Notes under the pieces: generated by a model
What the model was told of the DNA's origin: nothing
Databases searched by the model: none
Seen by the model: only the letters and a program-made list of their open reading frames with translations
Program-made: the position numbers and the translations under genes
Shown: in pieces, positions 6,842 through 13,469 of the stretch
Layout of the letters: the number at the start of each line of letters is the position of its first letter
Position numbering within the stretch: position 1 is the stretch's first letter
Assembly: GCA_963809485.1 (NCBI GenBank)
Contig: CAWEJX010000011.1
Location: forward strand, 1-13,469
DNA from: an uncultured Acidobacteriota bacterium
Lineage (GTDB): Bacteria > Acidobacteriota > UBA6911
Reading direction: 5' to 3'
DNA length: 13,469 nucleotides

Positions 6842-7650
6842 ACCAAATCCAGGAGCTGTCAAGCTTTGTTGGTCCTCCCAAAAACCGGGCCAATAATGTG
6901 ATCTGGAATACAAATCCCTGGACAATATATTCAATATATTGGATCTTCTGGCCTGCACCTCTTCCGATCACTCACTAACAGCATTTGGAAGCATGAATTC
7001 CGGATCCGCACAAATCCATTGATTGGGATTCAAAGCACCGTAACTCCCATATGCGATGAGCTTTTCAATAGGATGGCGAAAGAGGATATATCTGCTTTAC
7101 TGCCTAATGGGATGGCAGTTCTCCAGGACTGTCCGACGGACGTTCACAGTTTAAGCAGAAGGTATCCGAAAAGCATTCCTCCCCCGGCCAATTCTCACAT
7201 CCCGCTGCAAAGTATTGTGAATAATTCAGATAATCCATTGAAACATTCTCGCTAATGCCTATATCATTATTATCATTCACCGGCGCGTTTCCCGAAAACC
7301 TCTACCTGTCGGCCACCAATTTGCTCCTGGCGAAACAGCTGAGTCCGGGGACCTCCCGCCAAAGATGGGAAAGCTGACGGCAAAATCATAATTGAAGTCG
7401 TCCGCATACATTCCGATAAGAATATGCTGGGCGGTGATTATTCGCCTTACACGGTGTTTTGTAGCTAAAGAAAGCCCAGAAAGGGAAGGCCATTTGCATT
7501 CAGAAATTTGGATATCTCTCAGGAAAAACCGTAAAATCGGCATCCTGAAACAGGATATCAGTGGCCCCAAGAATTCCGATAAAAATTGCTATTCCATTTT
7601 TATAGAATAGGTTACAATCAGCTCCGCAAGACAGCAATGAGTTGCTTTTT

Positions 7651-7667
7651 TTGGCTCAATAATTGCT
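7651..7667 (+). promoter_or_regulatory. Candidate sigma54 (RpoN) -24/-12 promoter of the TonB-dependent receptor
   Basis: TTGGCTCAATAATTGCT has exact GG-N10-GC spacing with TTGC at -12 (consensus YTGGCACG-N4-TTGCW). It lies in an AT-rich long intergenic region, with an AGCAA-N4-TTGCT palindrome immediately upstream (7633-7646). Confidence 0.6.
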
Positions 7668-7933
7668 TTTCAACAGCGGGGTATTTTAGTATCGGATTTT
7701 AATGGTACGGAAACATCCGGCACAGGCTCCTTCATGAGCATGAAAAGGGAGCGCTGTCAGCGGAGCGTTTTGGCATTTCAACGCAAGCTATATTTGTTTG
7801 CTTTGGCAATAGATAGTCAGCTTTCAAACGATGTGGCTTTTGTTGGAAACCGGAATGCGCACAAACGCAGTCGGGTTTCCAATGAAGTGGATGCATTGAA
7901 GATTCCAACAAAGAGCACGAAGGAGGGCTACAG

Positions 7934-10900
7934 ATGATGTTTTTCAGAGTTAGAAATTCCATGAATCCCGTACGGTATGTGCTTGCGGCGTTCATGGTGT
8001 TTTTGCTGTGCGGGATGGCGATGGCGCAGCAGGAGACGGGTCAGATTTCTGGAACCGTCAAGGATCCATCCGGTGCGGTAGTTCCGGATGTCGCCGTGCA
8101 GGTGCGTAGCCTGGCAACATCAGCAGAACGCACGGCGAGCACGAGCGGTTCTGGGTACTATACCGTCACGAACCTGCAGCCCGGTAACTATTCCGTTACG
8201 GTATCCAAGGCCGGATTCAGCACGGCCAAGATGCAGGTCGAGGTCAATGTCGGCGGCAAATCAACCGCGGACTTCACCCTCGCGGTCGGCTCCTCCGCCA
8301 CAACGATCGAGGTGGTCGGCGGTGCTATCGAGCAGGTCAACGTCGAGTCGCAGACCCTGGTCGGACGTTGTAAATGCCAAACAGGTAGAGACGCTTCCCA
8401 CCCTTACGCGCAATCCGTATGACCTCGTAAGCATCGGGGGCAATATCTCTCCCGACGAGACACCGCCCGCGGTTCGGGCTATTCCATGAACGGACAGCGC
8501 TCGGCCAGCACAAATATGCTTCTGGATGGTTCGGACAACAACGACGCGTTTACGGCAGTTGTCGGCCAGTCTGTACCCTTGGATTCTGTCCAGGAATTCA
8601 GCGTCGTAACAAGCGCTTTTACGGCTGAGTATGGGCGCGCCGGCGGCGGCGTCGTCAACGTGGCGACGAAATCGGGAAGCAACATCTTTCACGGATCACT
8701 CTACGAGTTCAACCGGGTTTCCGCGCTCGCGTCCAACGGCTTCAATAACAACGCCTACGAGGTCCCCAGACAGACCTTCACGCGCAACCAGTTCGGATAC
8801 TCGGTGGGCGGCCCGATTGTGAAGGATAAGCTTTTCTTCTTCAACAATACCGAGTGGTTCCGCGTCCGCAGCATGTCGAATATTACCGCCCTGGTACCGA
8901 CGAATGAGCTGATTGGCGCAGCGGCTGCGCCTACGCAAAACTTCTTCAATACCTATGGCACCCTGAAGAGCGGCATCCTCAAGGGACAGACCTACATGAA
9001 GAGCGATATCCCCAACCTCTGCTCCGCAGGCGGCCTGTGCGAAGCCCTGCCCGACTCAATGCCGCTCTGGCAAACCGTCAACTATCAGGTTCCTGCGGAT
9101 TCCGGCGGTGGAGATCCCAGGAATGAATATCAGACTGTCGCCCGGGTCGACTGGGCCATGAGTCCCAACACGACAATCTATGGCCGTTTTGCGCTCCAGA
9201 GCCAGGATATCTTCGTTGGGACCAACGCCGAAAGCCCGTATCAGGGATTTGACAGTGGGACCACCAACTTCAACCAGAACTATCTGCTTTCGATCACCCA
9301 CACGTTTTCCCCACGGCTGGTTTCACAGTCGAAGGTTGTGTACAACCGCCTGAACAATTTGCAGCCATTCGGCGAGCAGCCGGCCGGCGGGACCCTGTAT
9401 CTCTCCAGTGCTTCGGCGACTTCCACCATTCTTGGCACCCAGGTGGCCCTTCCGGGATATCTGCCCTACACCCCGGGCAGCGCCATACCCTTTGGAGGCC
9501 CGCAGAACCTGGGCCAGATCTTCGAGGATGTGAGTTGGACCAAGGGGAACAACACATTCCGCTTTGGCGGTTCTTACATTTACATCCGGGATAACCGGGC
9601 ATTCGGCGCCTACTCCTACGCGGTGGAACAGTTGGGGAACAACCTGGCCTCGGGGATGGAAAATTTCCTGAGAGGACAGCTCCGCACATTCCAGTCTGCC
9701 GTTGACCCGCAAGGGAAGTATCCGGGAGACACGGTAACGCTGCCGGTCGGGCCACCCGACTTCACCCGCAGCAACCGCTACCACGATTTCGCCCTATACG
9801 GGCAGGACACCTGGCGCTTGAGACCCGGGCTAACCGTGAACCTGGGGCTGCGCTGGGAATACTATGGTGTGCAGCACAACAAGGATCCCCAAAAGGATTC
9901 CAATTTCTACCTGGGCACCGGCGCCTCGATGGACGAGCGCATCGCGAATGGACAAGTCATGCTGGCTCCCGACAGCCCCTACGGCGCGCTCTGGGCTTCG
10001 GATCACAACAACCTCGGCCCGCGCGTCGGCATTGCCTGGGATGTTTTCGGCAACGGCAAGACGAGTCTCCGCGGCGGCTACGGGATCAGCTACGAACGCA
10101 ACTTCGGCAACGTCACTTTCAACGTGATTCAGAATCCGCCGAACTATGCGGTTCTGTCGATCACTTCCGGCCGATGTGGGGGGAAATCTTCCCATTTATA
10201 ATGATCCGGCTGGTCCTCTCGGAGGATCCACGGGATCGAAGGTTCTGCCGCCCGTTAGCCTCCGGGCCGTCGACGAGAACATCAAGAACTCCTTCGCACA
10301 TAACTGGAGCGCGGCCTGGGAACAGGAGATCGCCGCCAACACGATCTTCAGCCTGGAATACAGCGGTTCCAAGGGCGTAGGCCTCTATGGGATCAATAGA
10401 GAGAACATGCCTGGCTCATGGAATGCTTACACTAAGACTGTGGGTTCGGTGTGGACCGGAGAGGCATCATACCTGAACGACCAGTACAGCGTTATCAATT
10501 ACCGTACGGCAGGCGGCTTTTCGCGCTATCACGCCCTGAACGCCGGACTGAGGAGCCGGGACCTTTTCAAGAAGGGCCTTCAGATGGAGATCAATTACAC
10601 CTGGGCACACTCTATCGACAACCTCAGTACGACCTTCAGCGAATCTGATGGCAACTTCAACCTGGGATTCCTCGATCCGCGCAATCCCCTCCTTGACACG
10701 GGCGACGCCGATTTCGACGTCCGCCACCGGTTGGCCATAAGCGCTGTTTGGGACATCCCGTTTGCCCGTAGCCTCGGCGGAGTCGGAAAGCAGGTCCTGG
10801 ACGGGTGGAGCCTGGCCCCGATCATGCACTTCCGAACCGGGCAACCGTTCACCATCTACGACTGCACGAACGGATACTATATGTGCAACCGGATGCTGAT

Positions 10901-11333
10901 CGTGGATCCGGCGGGAACGCCGACAACGGGTCCCGATAATCCGGCGCCCGTCGGCGACTTGCCCAATTCTTTCAATTACCTCGATATCAGCGCTCAATTG
11001 GGTGGTTCCGGGGCTAACGCGTATTATAATCCCTACACCGAAACAGCTGATTTCGGCCCCTATCCTTCCAACATGTCCCGGAGAAATGCCTTCCGGAGGC
11101 CAGGGTTTTATAATATCGACCTCGGCATTTACAAGAATTTCAGCATGAAGGAACGCTACACGCTCCAGTTCCGTGCCGAGTTCTACAACCTGTTCAACCA
11201 CGCCAATCTGTATGTCGATGGATGGTCAGCGGATATTTCCTCGAACGATTTCATCTACGCGATGCGTGGTATCAATAATTTCGGCACCGAGGATCGCAGG
11301 AACATCCAGTTCGCTCTGAAGTTCCTCTTCTAG
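7934..11333 (+). CDS. TonB-dependent receptor, Oar-like, with N-terminal carboxypeptidase-regulatory-like domain (~1132 aa); split by 3 apparent frameshifts
   Basis: RBS AGGAGG at 7921-7926 and signal peptide ...GMAMA|QQETGQISGTVKDPSGAVVP. Plug motifs: LPTLTRNPYDL, NGQRSASTNMLLDG, SVQEFSVVTSAFTAEYGRAGGGVVNVATKSGSN. Barrel motifs: RNQFGYSVGGPIVKDKLFFF, LTVNLGLRWEY, LQFRAEFYNLFNH, terminal RNIQFALKFLF. The frames join with +1 at ~8360, -1 at ~8455-8465 and +1 at ~10166. Confidence 0.93.
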
Positions 11334-11357
11334 CCTGCTTCAGAGAAGCTTCTTATC

Positions 11358-11390
11358 AAAGGCCCCGGCGCAAGTCGGGGCCTTTTTTTT
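11358..11390 (+). terminator. Rho-independent terminator of the TonB receptor gene
   Basis: AAAGGCCCCGGC-GCAA-GTCGGGGCC followed by T8, 24 nt after the stop codon. Confidence 0.92.
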
Positions 11391-11439
11391 GGTGCAATTG
11401 CGAAGGCGATGGCCAGGCCGCTTCGCTAGCCGGCGGCAA

Positions 11440-11591
11440 GCGAAGACGGATCTCCAGACCCCGGATTCATTTTTTAGTGAGGACCGGTCTCCAGGGCCAA
11501 TTAATTTCGTGAGGACCGGTCTCCAGACCGGTCCGATTAGGCTAATGCTCTATAGTTCCCCAATCGTACGGCTCTGGAGAGCCGTTCTCAC
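11440..11591. repeat. REP/BIME-like cluster with GTGAG tail
   Basis: GTGAGGACCGGTCTCCAG is repeated directly at 11477-11494 and 11509-11526. Hairpin GGACCGGTCT-CC-AGACCGGTCC at 11513-11534. Inverted partner at 11566-11591 (rev-comp GTGAGAACGGCTCTCCAGAGCCGTAC). Degenerate copy at ~11440-11463. Confidence 0.8.
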
Positions 11592-11621
11592 TTGTGCATT
11601 CGTCATATAAAAGCCACGGCG

Positions 11622-13082
11622 ATGATTTGGAAGTTATCCCTCATCCGGTTTTTGGCAGCAGGTCTGCTGGTTTCGGGAGTTCTGCTCTCGACAGCTGCCC
11701 AGTCCCCAAAACAAGAGAACGCCGGCCGGGCCGTATCCATCCCCTTCGAGGAAGCACAGCGTATCGTGAAGGCGTTGGGCGACAGCGCACCTCCCGAGCT
11801 TCGCACAAAAGATTCAGGAGCTTCGGCAAAATCCTGGCCGGCCTGGGTCGCCCGGCACAATGCGGCGGTCCGGGAGCGTATGGAGCGCGGAGACGAAGAC
11901 TTGCTGGGCAATTTTTTGCTTTTCGGAACTTCCTTTACCACTCAGCTCCGCATGACACCCAAGGACCTCGCCCCGATGAGCCAATCCCCGGCCAGCGGCG
12001 CTTCTACCGATGTCGGGTCTCTCGCCGGTAAGGTGCTGGATGCGCGGCTGAACGATTTTATCAGAGCCGTGGAAACCCCTGGGACAAATGATCGGCTTAC
12101 GTATCTGAACCGGTTGATCCGGAAGAAGGGCTACAGTTTTTCCGGCGCCGGCGCACGGGCAAAGCTCAGACAGTACCTTGCCGCAAACCTGCTGAGAGTG
12201 CTCGGCGAACAGGAGAGCTTCGCAAAAGCGCGCGCCCAGGCTCTTGGATTGGGAGATTCGACCGCCGAGTTTGCCGCCCGCTCCACCCTGTACCGGTCGC
12301 GCGGCCTCTCGGTCGATACCGCGCTTTTCCCGAGCTATGCCATTGAAGAGTCGCTGAAGGCCATGCAGGCGCGCGGGCTGTTGACGGGTGTCATCCGTGC
12401 AGCCGTCATCGGGCCGGGTCTGGATTTCGCCGACAAGCAGGGAGGCTACGACTTTTATCCCGAACAGACCATTCAGCCATTCGCCCTGATCGATTCGCTC
12501 GCGCGGCTTGGCCTGTTCCGGGCGGAAAAGCTCGAAGTAGCGGCGATCGATATCAGCCCCCAGGTGACCAGCCATCTGTCAGCCGCGCGGCAGCGCGCCC
12601 GGCGCGGCGTCCCTTATATATCGCAGTTGCCGCGTGACCTTGACTCCTCGTGGAAACCCGGGACCCTTTCATACTGGGAGCGGTTCGGCAGTCATATCGG
12701 GGCGGCGGCAAAACCCAGCCCGCTTCCGCCCGGGATCAAGCGCCTGGAAATGCGCGCGGTGAGCATGCGGCCGGATGTGGTCCTTCGTATCACTCCATGC
12801 GAGATGAATATTGTTCTCCAGCGTCTGGATGCGCCGGAGGCCGGGAAATTCGATTTGATCGTGGCCACAAACGTACTGATCTACTACGACGTCTTCGAAC
12901 AAAGCCTGGCCCTCTCCAATATCGCCCATATGCTCAAGCCGGGTGGTTTCCTGCTTTCCAATAACGCCCTCATGGAATTCCCCGGCTCGCCCCTTCGTTC
13001 CGTCGACTATCTCACGGTCGTTTACTCCGACGACCGCCCCGACGACGGCGATCACATCGTCTGGTATCAGCGCCAGCCGTGA
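11622..13082 (+). CDS. Class I SAM-dependent methyltransferase-like protein (CheR-like C-terminus) with predicted signal peptide
   Basis: N-terminus MIWKLSLIRFLAAGLLVSGVLLSTAAQ (basic-hydrophobic-small residues). Motif-I-like AAVIGPGLDF, motif-II-like VAAIDISP, and FDLIVATNVLIYYD...LKPGGFLL (cf. CheR FDxIFCRNVLIYFD...LxPGG). ATG 11622 is preferred over TTG 11592, which abuts the REP. Confidence 0.8.
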   Translation: MIWKLSLIRFLAAGLLVSGVLLSTAAQSPKQENAGRAVSIPFEEAQRIVKALGDSAPPELRTKDSGASAKSWPAWVARHNAAVRERMERGDEDLLGNFLLFGTSFTTQLRMTPKDLAPMSQSPASGASTDVGSLAGKVLDARLNDFIRAVETPGTNDRLTYLNRLIRKKGYSFSGAGARAKLRQYLAANLLRVLGEQESFAKARAQALGLGDSTAEFAARSTLYRSRGLSVDTALFPSYAIEESLKAMQARGLLTGVIRAAVIGPGLDFADKQGGYDFYPEQTIQPFALIDSLARLGLFRAEKLEVAAIDISPQVTSHLSAARQRARRGVPYISQLPRDLDSSWKPGTLSYWERFGSHIGAAAKPSPLPPGIKRLEMRAVSMRPDVVLRITPCEMNIVLQRLDAPEAGKFDLIVATNVLIYYDVFEQSLALSNIAHMLKPGGFLLSNNALMEFPGSPLRSVDYLTVVYSDDRPDDGDHIVWYQRQP

Positions 13083-13127
13083 CAATCAAAACAGCCAGAG
13101 ACGAGAACAAAACTTGATTAATTTCTG

Positions 13128-13469
13128 TCGCAAAACTGGTTTGCGCCGCGTAGCGGCACTGTGATTTTAGCCCGGCCTTTCAAGGCCGGGATCCATGGTA
13201 TTGAGAACAGCGCGTCGCGTAGCGACGCCTGAGATTCAACCGTCGCTACGCGACGGAAAACATAATCCCTTTAGATCCAGGCCTTAAAAGGCCTGGCTAA
13301 ATTCAACTGGCCGCTACGCGGCCTGGCTCCAATTTGCGGCTTCTATGTAATATCAAATATCCTATCGACTGTAATAAAATCCGGTTTCCTCGCGAAACTG
13401 GTTTGTGCCGCGTAGCGGCACTATGATTTTAGCCCGGCCTTTCAAGGCCGGGAACAATGGTACAGCGAG
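13128..13469. repeat. Composite palindromic REP/REPIN-like element, tandemly repeated with 262-bp period (2nd copy truncated by window edge)
   Basis: 13145-13322 is symmetric: A GCCGCGTAGCGGC / A' GCCGCTACGCGGC, B CCCGGCCTTTCAAGGCCGGG / B' CCAGGCCTTAAAAGGCCTGG, C CGTCGCGTAGCGACG / C' CGTCGCTACGCGACG. TCGCRAAACTGGTTT recurs at 13128 and 13390, followed by near-identical sequence. Confidence 0.9.

Noticed and set aside
7215-7232. Rex-like operator TTGTGAATAATTCAGATA
   Set aside because: The half-site spacing is one base short of TTGTGAA-N4-TTCACAA and the right half is poor.
7680-7933. Cobalamin or c-di-GMP riboswitch ahead of the TonB receptor
   Set aside because: No B12-box/GCCACTG/CCCGC elements and no GEMM GGGACGCAAAG-type motif were found.
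7019-7995. Short ORFs 7019..7255, 7277..7570, 7392..7610, 7732..7995 and 7734..7937
   Set aside because: No recognisable motifs, mostly weak starts/RBS, atypical composition and mutual overlaps; treated as non-coding, although a small real gene cannot be excluded.
11622-13082. Calling the methyltransferase cheR
   Set aside because: Only the C-terminal motifs resemble CheR. It has a signal peptide, is much longer, lacks the CheR WSAGCSTGEE motif, and no che genes are nearby.

Overview
GC-rich bacterial chromosomal window. The Oar-type TonB receptor ending RNIQFALKFLF and the style of the DinB-family protein suggest Acidobacteriota (inference). It holds eight genes: a 5'-truncated FG-GAP/VCBS-like repeat protein, a MerR-HTH+TPR protein, a DinB/YfiT-family protein, a Zn-dependent alcohol dehydrogenase, metK, an MtfA/peptidase M90 protein, a ~1130-aa TonB-dependent receptor with a candidate sigma54 promoter and a strong terminator, and a signal-peptide-bearing class I SAM methyltransferase with a CheR-like C-terminus. 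About six single-base indels break or scramble three genes, most likely read/assembly errors. Repairing one pair reveals a QLSLF clamp-binding-like motif in the MerR-TPR protein. The most unusual signal is non-coding: every intergenic space carries a structured repeat. These include oriented 7-, 8/9-, 9- and 10-mer tandem arrays placed exactly at stop codons and RBSs (with a perfect 33-bp inverted pair around adh and a 4x82-bp amplification), plus several REP/REPIN-like palindrome families, one a 178-bp A-B-C-C'-B'-A' element repeated at a 262-bp period. No transposase, integrase, CRISPR array, tRNA or rRNA is visible.
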